Below are positions 46,576 through 56,456 of a DNA stretch of 64,000 bases, piece by piece. Source of the stretch: Bacteroidia bacterium (lineage in GTDB: Bacteria > Bacteroidota > Bacteroidia > AKYH767-A > OLB10); the NCBI GenBank assembly GCA_016788165.1, contig JAEUTH010000004.1, positions 2,522 through 66,521 on the forward strand, read 5' to 3'. A program made the position numbers and the translations under genes. The notes below the pieces were generated by a model, which ran no database searches, was not told where the DNA came from, and saw only the letters and a list, made by a program, of their open reading frames with translations. The stretch's first letter is position 1; every line of letters begins with the position of its first letter.

Positions 46576-47289
46576 ATGGAAAGTTTAAGCAAAAACTGGA
46601 TTACCGAAAAGTATGTGGATTTTGAATTAAAAAAATACATGCTGTTAGGTTATTTACAACACGTTAGCAAACATTTTGATGCCATAAAATTATACCCGCA
46701 TTTAAGCGAGTTGATAATGCATTACAAAAATGTGGTCGAGCTAAAAGACAATAAAAATGCCCTGTATGAAAGTTTTTCAGAACGGCTGCTGGGTGCCGAT
46801 ATTAAAGAGTTTAAATTGTTGTATGAAAAAATTTTACACGATGAGCCTTTAATGAAAGAGCTTGAAAGCATAATTGATTTTTCGATACCTCAATTTGAAA
46901 AACATATGCAAGCCGGCAAAAAAGTTTACGACTTTATTGAAGCGCAAATTAAATTTTTACCCGTAGGTATTATTCCGTTGCACATGAGCGAAGGTTATAT
47001 TTTTTTACGCAATGGCCGCGAAACCGAAATGCGTGTTTACAATTATCAAATAACCATTTTCGAATCGGCTGACGAAAAATACAGAAGCATTCATACTACA
47101 TTTGTTAGCAGCTACCACAAGCATTTTGCAAACACCTACGAAAGCATAAAGCGTGATATAATAAAACAGCATACTGAAATGCCCAATCCGGCTACGTACG
47201 TATTTGAATCTGATTTAAACATACCCTTAGAACCCACTTACCTGCCCATTGTAAAGCGTATGCTGGTAAAGCATGTTTGCAGTAATTAA
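46576..47289 (+). CDS. hypothetical protein
   Basis: 237 aa and soluble. Its 3' end overlaps the start of the downstream membrane-protein gene by 17 nt, so it is an operon partner. No motif recognised. Confidence 0.4.
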   Translation: MESLSKNWITEKYVDFELKKYMLLGYLQHVSKHFDAIKLYPHLSELIMHYKNVVELKDNKNALYESFSERLLGADIKEFKLLYEKILHDEPLMKELESIIDFSIPQFEKHMQAGKKVYDFIEAQIKFLPVGIIPLHMSEGYIFLRNGRETEMRVYNYQITIFESADEKYRSIHTTFVSSYHKHFANTYESIKRDIIKQHTEMPNPATYVFESDLNIPLEPTYLPIVKRMLVKHVCSN

Positions 47290-48733
47290 AAGCATGTCTA
47301 TTACCAAGGTTTACAAACAACCACTTTTTAGTTGGTTAATTTTATTAGCGCTGCCGGTTTATATTTTAACGGTGCTAAACAACATCGGATATTTTTATGC
47401 TGATGAGCATTACCAAATTATTGAGTTCGCATTGCACATATTGGGCAAAGTCCCCGACCAATTGTTAGCATGGGAGTATAAGTATGGCTTACGTAACGGG
47501 GTTCTGCCTTTAATAGCATCGGGCCTGATATATTTGTGTGAGGTGGCCGGTATTGACAACCCATTTAGCCAAGCTTTGTTGCTTAGAGCCATAGGCGCAA
47601 TTGTATTTGTAACTACTACTATATATGTGGCTGTTAAAAATTACAGCCCTGCCAACAAAACACAAACCATTGGTATTATGGGGCTAACGTGGTTGCTTTG
47701 GTTTATGCCCATGCTTGCCCGTTTTAGTTCCGAAAATTTTGCCGCATGTCTATTGGTTATTTTAGTCACTTTGCTTGAGAATAAAAAAACAAGATGGTAT
47801 ATATTAACTGTAACAGCAGTATTAATCTGCATTCGTTATCAAACAATAATTGTTGTGCTAACAATATGGTTACACAGTTGGCTTATCGTAAGAAAAAACG
47901 TTTGGCCACTCATAGCCGGTGTGTTTGCCGCTTTGATTGTGGATGTAATTGCAGGCTATTTTTTATATCACAAAGCTATTTGCCCCTTTTTTAATTATGC
48001 ATTAATGACTATTGGCGGAACCGGACCAAATTTTGGCGAACAACCTTTTTACTTTTATATAACAAACGTTTGTAAACTGGCCGGATATCCTTTAGGTATA
48101 ACCATTTGGATTGCATGCGCATATTATATAATTACCAAACCTAAAGATTTAATCAGTTGGATTACGGTTGTTTTTTTATTGGTACATACTGTTATGCCTC
48201 ATAAGGAAATTCGATTTTTATTTCCATTAATTTTACTATTACCGTATATGTTGTGGCATCTCTTTTATAAAGCTTATTTCTATTTAACAAAAAAAGTATT
48301 TGCCTTTTTAATTTTCACCATCGCTATATTTAATCTGGCACTTTTAATCTGCAATTGTTTTTTACCTGCATGCAGCCCGGTAGCATTAATAAATATGATT
48401 AACAAGCAAACCATGCCGCAACATTTGCTATATCTGCCCTACTGCAATCCATACAATCCGTTTGAAAGTTTGCCTATGCAATTTTATGCAAACAGTGGAG
48501 TGCAAAAAATTAAAATCAATCAAATGGCTGACATGGCGCTGCAAACCAAAAGCAATTGCTTATTAAGCATTACACAAACACAATATGAAAACAATGCCGG
48601 TTTTTTAAAAGCAATGGGTTTTAAACGCTATGATAGTGCTTATCCGGTAATGCTGGTAAAATACAATTGTGGTATTTGGTTGCATGGCGATAATAATTTA
48701 ATGCTACTTAAAAAGTCGGATTATAATAAATAA
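47273..48733 (+). CDS. polytopic integral membrane protein, possible GT-C-fold glycosyl/mannosyltransferase; function unknown
   Basis: 486 aa with about 11 TM helices and aromatic-rich loops. Confidence 0.4.
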   Translation: MFAVIKSMSITKVYKQPLFSWLILLALPVYILTVLNNIGYFYADEHYQIIEFALHILGKVPDQLLAWEYKYGLRNGVLPLIASGLIYLCEVAGIDNPFSQALLLRAIGAIVFVTTTIYVAVKNYSPANKTQTIGIMGLTWLLWFMPMLARFSSENFAACLLVILVTLLENKKTRWYILTVTAVLICIRYQTIIVVLTIWLHSWLIVRKNVWPLIAGVFAALIVDVIAGYFLYHKAICPFFNYALMTIGGTGPNFGEQPFYFYITNVCKLAGYPLGITIWIACAYYIITKPKDLISWITVVFLLVHTVMPHKEIRFLFPLILLLPYMLWHLFYKAYFYLTKKVFAFLIFTIAIFNLALLICNCFLPACSPVALINMINKQTMPQHLLYLPYCNPYNPFESLPMQFYANSGVQKIKINQMADMALQTKSNCLLSITQTQYENNAGFLKAMGFKRYDSAYPVMLVKYNCGIWLHGDNNLMLLKKSDYNK

Positions 48734-48737
48734 ACCT

Positions 48738-49139
48738 ATGGACAGGCATGCAATATTAAAAGAGGTTTATTACGAAATTTCGCATAGCAGCAGGGCCGGT
48801 GGCCAAAACGTAAACAAGGTAGCTACCAAGGTTACACTTTGTTTTAATGTGGCGCAAACAGTTTTGTTTACAACAGAATAAAAAGAGGCAATAAGAATAA
48901 AAGCCAAGTCGAAGATAAATGCAACTGGCATTTTACGAATCACATCACAAACAGAACGCAGCCAACTTGGAAACAAAACAAAAGCTATCGAAAAATTTTT
49001 AAACTTTCTACAAAAGGCTATCACACCAAAAAACAAACGTATTGCCACAAAACCAACCAGGGCATCGGCAGCAAAACGAAGTGATGATAAAAAGCTATTA
49101 AGCCACAAAAAAAAGTTGCGGAAGTCTGTTGCAGATTAA
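48738..49139 (+). pseudogene. arfB: alternative ribosome-rescue factor ArfB (peptidyl-tRNA hydrolase, RF-1 domain) interrupted by an in-frame TAA
   Basis: N-terminus MDRHAILKEVYYEISHSSRAGGQNVNKVATKVTLCFNVAQTVLFTTE, carrying the GGQ motif. An in-frame TAA follows at 48879-48881. The same frame then continues: KEAIRIKAKSKINATGILRITSQTERSQLGNKTKAIEKF...KPTRASAAKR...KKKLRKSVAD. This aligns with E. coli ArfB ...LPEYYKERLL...EYRSQELNREAA...RPTRASKERRL. The stop falls at the position of a conserved Tyr, so TAY->TAA. Confidence 0.6.
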
Positions 49140-49150
49140 GCGCTAAAAAA

Positions 49151-50143
49151 TTACTTGAAGCCTATTATCTTACGCACTTCGGTAATAGTTTTATTGGCAC
49201 TTGCCGCAGCCTTCTCCTTACCCATTGCTATTACTTTTGTTACATAATCATCATTCTGTTTTAGGTCGCTAATTTTTTGTGCAAGCGGATTAATAAACAG
49301 CACCATATCTTCAGCCAGTTGCTTTTTCAAATCGCCATAACGTATGGTCATATTGTTATACTGTTCATCAAAGTAGTTTACCGTATCCTTAGCCGACACC
49401 AGGTTCATTAAAGCAAAAATATTTTTTATGGCATCCGGTTTAGGTTGATTCAATTGCGTAGGCCCGCTATCCGTTACAGCCCGCATAATTTTTTTGCGAA
49501 TGGTTTTATCATCATCACATAAAAACAATGCATTGCCCTCACCTTCTGATTTGCCCATTTTACCGCTACCATCTAAACCGGGTACTTTAACCAACTCCGT
49601 ACCGAAATTAAAAGCCTGGGGCTCCGGAAAATAATCAACATTATACAATCGGTTAAAACGATTTCCAAAAGTGCGCATCATTTCTAAATGCTGCTCCTGA
49701 TCTTTGCCCACGGGCACTTTAGCACCTTTATGAATTAAAACATCGGCTGCCATTAATGTAGGATAGGTAAGTAAGCCGGCATTTATATTATCAGGGTGTT
49801 TGCGCGCTTTGTCTTTAAAAGTTGTTACACGCTCTAACTCGCCTAAATAAGCAAGCATGTTTAAGAACAAATATAATTCAGCCGTTTGTGGTATATCACT
49901 TTGCAAATAAAGTGTACATATTTCGGGGTCTAAACCACATGCAAGATATTCGATTATAACCTGCCTTTCATTAGCCAATAAATCAACAGGGTTTGGATGT
50001 GTAGTAAGCGAATGATAATCGGCAACAAAGAAAAAGCATGGATGCTGGTGTTGCATTTTTATAAAATTTGCAACAGCACCAAAGTAATTACCAAGATGTA
50101 AATTGCCCGTACTTCTTATACCACTAACTACTATATCTTTCAT
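49151..50143 (-). CDS. trpS: tryptophan--tRNA ligase
   Basis: Class I HIGH-type motif (TGNLHLGNYFGA) and KMSKS-type motif (KMGKS). 330 aa. Confidence 0.9.
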   Translation of the reverse strand: MKDIVVSGIRSTGNLHLGNYFGAVANFIKMQHQHPCFFFVADYHSLTTHPNPVDLLANERQVIIEYLACGLDPEICTLYLQSDIPQTAELYLFLNMLAYLGELERVTTFKDKARKHPDNINAGLLTYPTLMAADVLIHKGAKVPVGKDQEQHLEMMRTFGNRFNRLYNVDYFPEPQAFNFGTELVKVPGLDGSGKMGKSEGEGNALFLCDDDKTIRKKIMRAVTDSGPTQLNQPKPDAIKNIFALMNLVSAKDTVNYFDEQYNNMTIRYGDLKKQLAEDMVLFINPLAQKISDLKQNDDYVTKVIAMGKEKAAASANKTITEVRKIIGFK

Positions 50144-50283
50144 GCTATTACAATATTTTATTTAAAATCTGCGAGGCGAAAATATAATTATGCATCAATA
50201 ATAAACCAATGTGCTTTGGATATTTTATAATTACCTAAGGCAATTATTTGTTCATTTGAAACTACTTAACAGCAACAACTTTT

Positions 50284-51030
50284 ATGCAAACAATTAAAAT
50301 CATAGCCGGTAATATTTGGCGTTGTTGGTTTTTTTTTAATGCCGTGCTGATTTTTTTTCTGCTATATCCATTCGTAGTTTTTTATATCAGAAAACCGACA
50401 GGTTACCCGATGGTTTTTAAACTTAAAAAAATTTGGGCCGGTTATACTTTGTTTGTTTCAGGTATTAATTGTATAGTGGTGCAACCGGTTAAATTGGATA
50501 AAAACCTCGCATATATTTTTTGTCCCAATCATGCAAGCGTGCTTGATATTTTTATTTCATATAAAGCAATACCACAATATTTTCATTTTATGGGAAAGGC
50601 CGAATTAAAACGGATACCATTTTTTCGTATTTTTTTTAAGGACATGAATATTGCCGTTGATCGCGATAGTATAAAGGCATCCTATGGGGCGTATGCAAGG
50701 GCAGAGTCCGATTTAAAAAAAGGTATTAGTCTGGGTATTTTTGCTGAAGGTACCATACCTGCATGTACACCACGTTTAGGCGGTTTTAAAAATGGAGCAT
50801 TTAAACTTGCCATCGAAAATGAGGTGGCCATTGTACCCGTTACATTTGTAAACACCTGGAAAATATTGCCCGATGTTAACCGTAAATTCGGTGGCAGGCC
50901 CGGTACGGTAACCGTACATATTCATAAACCAATAAGCACACAAACAATTGCATTAAACCGGTTACCCGAATTGCGCGATGCCGTTCGTAATAAGATACAA
51001 GAACCATTACGCCCCTATTACATTATGTAA
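50284..51030 (+). CDS. plsC: 1-acyl-sn-glycerol-3-phosphate (lysophospholipid) acyltransferase
   Basis: N-terminal TM helix. HX4D acyltransferase motif (FCPNHASVLDIF) and FAEGT motif. Confidence 0.75.
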   Translation: MQTIKIIAGNIWRCWFFFNAVLIFFLLYPFVVFYIRKPTGYPMVFKLKKIWAGYTLFVSGINCIVVQPVKLDKNLAYIFCPNHASVLDIFISYKAIPQYFHFMGKAELKRIPFFRIFFKDMNIAVDRDSIKASYGAYARAESDLKKGISLGIFAEGTIPACTPRLGGFKNGAFKLAIENEVAIVPVTFVNTWKILPDVNRKFGGRPGTVTVHIHKPISTQTIALNRLPELRDAVRNKIQEPLRPYYIM

Positions 51031-51098
51031 AAGATATGTTTTGCTTTTACAACCCTTAGTGTACTTTTGACACTTAATTAATACCATACATTTAATTA

Positions 51099-51530
51099 AT
51101 GCCCCGCAAAATTTTAAAAATCAATTACGATGATGAATTAAATTTTTCATTAATGGGTATGGCTACCGGGCTTAAAGACTATCGGCTTGCTTTTGAAATG
51201 AATAAAGCCTTGGAAATTGATTTACAACGTGCAGCCGACCATATTTTAATTGTAGGTAAAAACAATTCGCAAATTCGATACAATCGGTTTCAGTATTTTG
51301 ATTCAATAGGTTTAACTTACACTTTAATCAGCAATAAAAATCAAAGCAGCTTGATGTTACCTGAATTGCAGATGATAGACTACTTATTGCTATTAGAACC
51401 ACCTGACGAAAACACAGCCAAAGAAATAATCATATCACTAAAAAAAATAAAGACCATACAAGCCGTATTTAAATTTGAAATTAAGGATTTAAAATCACGT
51501 CAAAATTTATTGAGCGAAACCGCTGACTAA
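51099..51530 (+). CDS. IPExxxVDY-family hypothetical protein
   Basis: 143 aa containing LPELQMIDY, which matches the IPExxxVDY signature of a conserved Bacteroidota family. Confidence 0.45.
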   Translation: MPRKILKINYDDELNFSLMGMATGLKDYRLAFEMNKALEIDLQRAADHILIVGKNNSQIRYNRFQYFDSIGLTYTLISNKNQSSLMLPELQMIDYLLLLEPPDENTAKEIIISLKKIKTIQAVFKFEIKDLKSRQNLLSETAD

Positions 51531-51577
51531 AAAACAAGAGCTGATAAATACTATCAGAAATCAATCAATTAAAAAAC

Positions 51578-53002
51578 ATGAAATTTAATAGAACCAAAAT
51601 AGTGGCCACCATCGGCCCTGCATCGCAAAGTGCCGAAGTACTTGAAAACATGATTGATGCCGGTATGAATGTTTGCCGCATAAATGCTTCGCACGGCAGT
51701 CATGAACAGCAACAATTAATAATAGACACGCTGCGGAATTTAAACGCAAAAAAAAATGTACATACTGCATTGCTTTATGATTTGCAAGGCCCCAAATTAC
51801 GTATTGGCGATATGCGCGATGGTGGTGTAATTATAAAAGAAGGTGATGAGATAATATTAACAACCAACGATTGTATTGGTGATGAAAAACGTGTTTTTAT
51901 TAAGTATGCATCCTTTGTTAAAGATGTAAAAAAACATGATACCATTTTAGTAGATGATGGTAAAATAGAATTAGAAGCTATACAAAGCAATGGCATTGAT
52001 GAAGTTGTAACCAAAGTAAAATTTGGTGGTATGTTATCATCACGCAAGGGCGTTAACCTACCCAATACACGTATTACACTTCCATCGCTTACCGAAAAAG
52101 ATAAAGCTGATTTAGAGTTTGCATTGGCTAACAATATTGATTGGATTGGACTGTCTTTTGTTAGGTCGGCAAAAGATATAGAAGCACTAAAAAGTATTAT
52201 CAAATATAAAAACAGTCCCATGCGCGTGGTTGCGAAAATTGAAAAACCCGAAGCGTTAAAAGACCTGGATAATATAATTTCATCGGCAGATGGTGTAATG
52301 GTTGCACGAGGCGATTTAGGTGTTGAAATTCCGATGGAGCAAGTACCGCTGATTCAAAAAACCATTTTGAATAAATGTATTGCCAAATCAAAACCGGTAA
52401 TTATTGCAACGCAAATGATGGAAAGTATGATTACCAGCCAACGACCTACGCGTGCCGAAGTAAATGATGTTGCTAACTCGGTAATGGATGGCGCTGATGC
52501 AGTAATGCTTAGTGCCGAAACCAGTGTCGGAAAAGACCCTGCCAATGTGGTGCAAAGTATGTGGAAAATTGTGCATGCCGTACAAAACAGTGCAAGCATT
52601 TATAACCGCATGCAATTACCCGATAAGCACTCTTCGGCATTTGTAACCGAATCAACTATTTATAATGCATGTCAGATGGTTAAACAAACCGATGCCAAAG
52701 CAATTATTACCATGACACATTCGGGCTACAGTGCTTTAAAAATTGCAAGCCAGCGCCCCGAAGCCGACATTATTGTATTTACCGATAATAAAACTCTTTT
52801 AACCCAGCTTAATTTAGTATGGGGTGTGCGTGGCTTTTTTTACGATAAGTATGAAAATACCGATGTAAATATTAATGATGTAAAAGACATAATAAAAAAA
52901 GAAGGTATCGTAAAACCGGGCGACTGTATTATACATGTATTTAGTACCCCCTTACATGAAAGAGGCCGTTCGAACACAGTAAAACTAAATGTGATTGACT
53001 AA
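51578..53002 (+). CDS. pyk: pyruvate kinase
   Basis: TKIVATIGPAS, MVARGDLGVEIP and the C-terminal allosteric domain. 474 aa. Confidence 0.9.
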   Translation: MKFNRTKIVATIGPASQSAEVLENMIDAGMNVCRINASHGSHEQQQLIIDTLRNLNAKKNVHTALLYDLQGPKLRIGDMRDGGVIIKEGDEIILTTNDCIGDEKRVFIKYASFVKDVKKHDTILVDDGKIELEAIQSNGIDEVVTKVKFGGMLSSRKGVNLPNTRITLPSLTEKDKADLEFALANNIDWIGLSFVRSAKDIEALKSIIKYKNSPMRVVAKIEKPEALKDLDNIISSADGVMVARGDLGVEIPMEQVPLIQKTILNKCIAKSKPVIIATQMMESMITSQRPTRAEVNDVANSVMDGADAVMLSAETSVGKDPANVVQSMWKIVHAVQNSASIYNRMQLPDKHSSAFVTESTIYNACQMVKQTDAKAIITMTHSGYSALKIASQRPEADIIVFTDNKTLLTQLNLVWGVRGFFYDKYENTDVNINDVKDIIKKEGIVKPGDCIIHVFSTPLHERGRSNTVKLNVID

Positions 53003-53004
53003 AA

Positions 53005-53048
53005 GGAAAAGAGGCTGTAAAAAAATTACAGCCTCTTTTCCTTTTTAC
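53005..53048. terminator. bidirectional intrinsic terminator (pyk / sulfotransferase convergent pair)
   Basis: Perfect 16-bp stem GGAAAAGAGGCTGTAA / TTACAGCCTCTTTTCC with loop AAAAA, followed by TTTTTAC. Confidence 0.8.
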
Positions 53049-53935
53049 TTATCCCATGATGATAAATCGCGGTTTATCATTCGAGCAAAAGCTTCATTAT
53101 GCTTTTTATAATATGTTACCAAACTTGCCCTGGTAACAGCTTCCATTTTAGGTGGTGTAAAATTTTGTGTATTTAAATTACGCAATTTAATACGGGCAGA
53201 TGATAGCATTGATAAGGGTAATATGGTTCGTAAGGTTCGTTTAATAAAATTATCGCCCGATAAATAGTTGGACAACATAGGTATTTTCGACTTGGCCGAT
53301 TCGCGGTAACGCTTTCCTAAATTTGGCACAAAGCTGTTATCCAAGCCTGAAAACTCAAACAGTTCCTTTATAACCGCGGCCATATTGTTTTGCAAATCTT
53401 CTTGCAATAAAACTTTTACCTGGCTTTTATCAAAGTACCTATACAGTAACTGTAACTGCTCGGCATAATGCCCGCGTCCTTTATAATCAATTATACCTCG
53501 GGTTAAATAATTATCGGCACGGTTAATATCGCTATCAATGGCATCTTCGAAAGTAGTCATTGTTTCATGTCCTTGCAATTTTGCAAACCAGTAAGCTGAA
53601 TAGGCTCTATCAATAGGGTTCCGAAAAACCAAAATCATTTTTACGGCCGGATTGTGTTCCTTTAGCCGTTTCATACTTTCTTCAAAATAGATTATACCGG
53701 CACTTTTAGCTAATACTTTTTTGGCCACATCGTAATTGTTGCCAAAATGTAATTCATATTGGTGGTTATAACCACTTTGCCATTCATCATCTAATATAAA
53801 ATAAGTAAACTCCTTTACCGGATTCGAAATCACGTCAGGGTGTTCGCTCATATAACGCAAAAGTGATGAGGTAGCTGCCTTTTGAACACCGCCTATCATT
53901 ATTGATACAGGTTGGGGGGTGGGAGTGGGTATCAT
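53045..53935 (-). CDS. PAPS-dependent sulfotransferase family protein
   Basis: 5'-PSB-like motif IGGVQKAATSSL and 3'-PB-like motif RNPIDRAYSAYW. 296 aa. Overlaps the flippase gene by 4 nt. Confidence 0.75.
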   Translation of the reverse strand: MIPTPTPQPVSIMIGGVQKAATSSLLRYMSEHPDVISNPVKEFTYFILDDEWQSGYNHQYELHFGNNYDVAKKVLAKSAGIIYFEESMKRLKEHNPAVKMILVFRNPIDRAYSAYWFAKLQGHETMTTFEDAIDSDINRADNYLTRGIIDYKGRGHYAEQLQLLYRYFDKSQVKVLLQEDLQNNMAAVIKELFEFSGLDNSFVPNLGKRYRESAKSKIPMLSNYLSGDNFIKRTLRTILPLSMLSSARIKLRNLNTQNFTPPKMEAVTRASLVTYYKKHNEAFARMINRDLSSWDK

Positions 53936-55284
53936 TTAAAGGGCCAATAGTAGGTTTTGATGTTAAACTTCTTTTGAATGTAGATAAGTGAAATAATATT
54001 CCATGATGACATAAATATCATAGAACAAATTGCTGAGCCCATTAACCCAAACATGGGAATAAACACAAAGCATGCAACAACGTTTAGAAGTGTAGAAACC
54101 AATAAAATATTTTGAAACGACTTGTGATGGCCCGTCATATTTAAGAAACTGCCACAGGAGCCACTAAAAATATTAAAAAACTGTCCAATCATATTAAACA
54201 ATAAAATGTCGGCAGCCTGTTCAAATTCCTCGCCAAAAAGCCCTAAAATAAATTTACGAAAAACAATAATTACAAAAAATAGTGGTAACGAAGCCAGGAA
54301 ATTAATTTTTGAAGTTTGCCGCGCGGCTTTGCCTAATTCTTTCAAATTACCCTGTGCCCATAATTCGGCAAACTTGGGTGCAGCAACACCATTAACCGAT
54401 AACAGTATAAACCCGCAAACCGTTGTAATTTGAACTACCACTTTATAAATTCCTACATCCACTTCGGAACCATACCTTCCTAAAAACAAAGTATTTATCC
54501 AGCCCGACATCAGTATCAGCGAACTGCTTAACATCATGGGCAATGAATGCATTACAATATCGCGCTTGCTGTAGTCGGTAGCTTCGGTATCGGTATTACG
54601 CTTTATATACTTAAATATTAAATAGGTACTGCTTACGGCTAAAATGGCCAAACTCAATCCAAAAGCTATATTAGGCAAATAATCGCTGATAGGCTGTAAT
54701 AGCGCTGTATCTTTAAATAAGGTAAGGATTGACAGTATTACACATGCATATAAAAAGTAAGAAACATTTCTGCTATAGTTGTAAAGTTTTAATTGTTTAA
54801 AACCGCGGTAACTTTCGGAGTTAATAAAACGAATGCTCATAGGCACAATGGCAAACGAAATAATTCTGAACTCGGTAGCTAAATGCGGTTTTTTAAAAAC
54901 GTTTAATGCAAACCAGTCGGCACCAAAAAACAATATGGCTGTTGTTACAATACCAATTGGTATAGAAACGCTTAAAACCTTTCGATATACATTTAAAACT
55001 GTTGGCCATTTATTTAATGCAATGTTTGATGCAAATAGTTTAACAATGGATGTATCCATGCCCAAACGGCTGAAAATGGTAAACATATTGAGCACCACTT
55101 GCGATAATGCAAATTTACCTAACACCACTGCACCATACATGTGTGAAATAATAAATGTGTAAGCATAGCTAACAAACATGCCCAACACACGCATAAAAAA
55201 AGAAGCAGCACTACCAGTAGCCAGCTCTCGAAAACTCTTATCTTTAAACTGACGCTGAAACTTTTTTTGAATTAAATCTAACAT
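53932..55284 (-). CDS. oligosaccharide/polysaccharide flippase (Wzx-like, MOP superfamily)
   Basis: 450 aa with about 12-14 TM helices, which is a typical Wzx profile. Confidence 0.7.
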   Translation of the reverse strand: MLDLIQKKFQRQFKDKSFRELATGSAASFFMRVLGMFVSYAYTFIISHMYGAVVLGKFALSQVVLNMFTIFSRLGMDTSIVKLFASNIALNKWPTVLNVYRKVLSVSIPIGIVTTAILFFGADWFALNVFKKPHLATEFRIISFAIVPMSIRFINSESYRGFKQLKLYNYSRNVSYFLYACVILSILTLFKDTALLQPISDYLPNIAFGLSLAILAVSSTYLIFKYIKRNTDTEATDYSKRDIVMHSLPMMLSSSLILMSGWINTLFLGRYGSEVDVGIYKVVVQITTVCGFILLSVNGVAAPKFAELWAQGNLKELGKAARQTSKINFLASLPLFFVIIVFRKFILGLFGEEFEQAADILLFNMIGQFFNIFSGSCGSFLNMTGHHKSFQNILLVSTLLNVVACFVFIPMFGLMGSAICSMIFMSSWNIISLIYIQKKFNIKTYYWPFK

Positions 55285-55330
55285 GCTAACTTGAATACAG
55301 CTATGGAAAAGTTATACGGATTTTTAGGTT

Positions 55331-56149
55331 TTAATTACTCGAAACCACAAACCAGGGATTTAACAGATTTTCCTTATTGTAAACCATTGGTTTTTTAGTG
55401 TGATAATCAATAACCGTACATCCGGCTACCTCTGCAATAGCCTGGCCTGCTGCTGTATCCCACTCCATTGTGGGTGCTAAACGTGGATAAATATTTGCTG
55501 CACCTTCAGCCACCAAACATAATTTCAATGAGCTTCCTTTTGATATTAAATCTACGGTGCCATGTTGTTTGCGCAAAGCATCAATCAGTTCATCAGTTTC
55601 AGGTGTGTTATGCGAGCGGCTGGCTACAGCCGTAAAGGTTGTTGGCTTATTTGCAGCACTTAACATGCGTGATGCTGCTTGCAGCGATTCTAAAAAATCA
55701 GATCCAGCATTCAGATTATCCATAAGATTTACATCTTCACATTTATATGACCCTATACCTTGTGCAGCAAAATATAATTGATTTAAAACAGGTACATAAA
55801 TCACTCCCAATATTGCCACCTGATCTTTTATCAATGCAATGTTAACCGTAAACTCTCCATTACGTTTTATAAACTCTTTGGTACCATCAAGCGGATCTAC
55901 CAACCAATATTGTTTCCAGGCGGCTCGTTCACTATAATCCATGTGTTTGCCTTCTTCGCTCAACACTTGAACACCCGTATTTTTTAGGTACTCCATAATT
56001 TTCAGGTGCGAGCGTTTGTCTGCCAGTGTTAAGGGCGATTTATCGTCTTTAACTTCAACTGTAATGGGCTGTGCATATACGTCTAATATTTCTTTTCCGG
56101 CAGCAATTGATGCTGTAATTGCTGTTTGAAGCAAACTCTTTAATTCCAT
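55331..56149 (-). CDS. cysQ: 3'(2'),5'-bisphosphate nucleotidase (CysQ, inositol-monophosphatase family)
   Basis: Metal-binding motifs (SEEG; WLVDPLDGTKEF). Adjacent to the sulfotransferase gene, consistent with recycling of 3'-phosphoadenosine 5'-phosphate (PAP), the by-product of sulfotransfer. Confidence 0.7.
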   Translation of the reverse strand: MELKSLLQTAITASIAAGKEILDVYAQPITVEVKDDKSPLTLADKRSHLKIMEYLKNTGVQVLSEEGKHMDYSERAAWKQYWLVDPLDGTKEFIKRNGEFTVNIALIKDQVAILGVIYVPVLNQLYFAAQGIGSYKCEDVNLMDNLNAGSDFLESLQAASRMLSAANKPTTFTAVASRSHNTPETDELIDALRKQHGTVDLISKGSSLKLCLVAEGAANIYPRLAPTMEWDTAAGQAIAEVAGCTVIDYHTKKPMVYNKENLLNPWFVVSSN

Positions 56150-56456
56150 GCTAATAGTACCTTTTTATGGGTGTATTTATTTTTTGAGGCGGCAAATATG
56201 AAAAAATTAAAACGAAAATTTAGTGTCAGCCTATGTATTTAAGCAATATTGTCAATGGCTTGTATTTCGTTGGTTCATCAGTAAAAAAATCAGCTATAAA
56301 TTATTACTATGCATATTATCAAATATTAAAAGCATCAACAATCCACCTATCTCTTATAAATGTTATTGCCTCATTCTATTCATTGTGCTGCCACTCGATT
56401 GTACCGTGGTAAAACCTTTATATATTGTGCATCCTAATTATACTATTACCCTTAAG

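Noticed and set aside
48770-49108. 112-aa - strand ORF
   Set aside because: It is antisense to the arfB coding frame, which has clear GGQ and C-terminal-tail homology.
56223-56456. N-terminal extension of the LOX-domain ORF
   Set aside because: The internal ATG at 56457 begins a canonical signal peptide (MKKLIFTAYLLLLFF). The extension is low-complexity and AT-rich.
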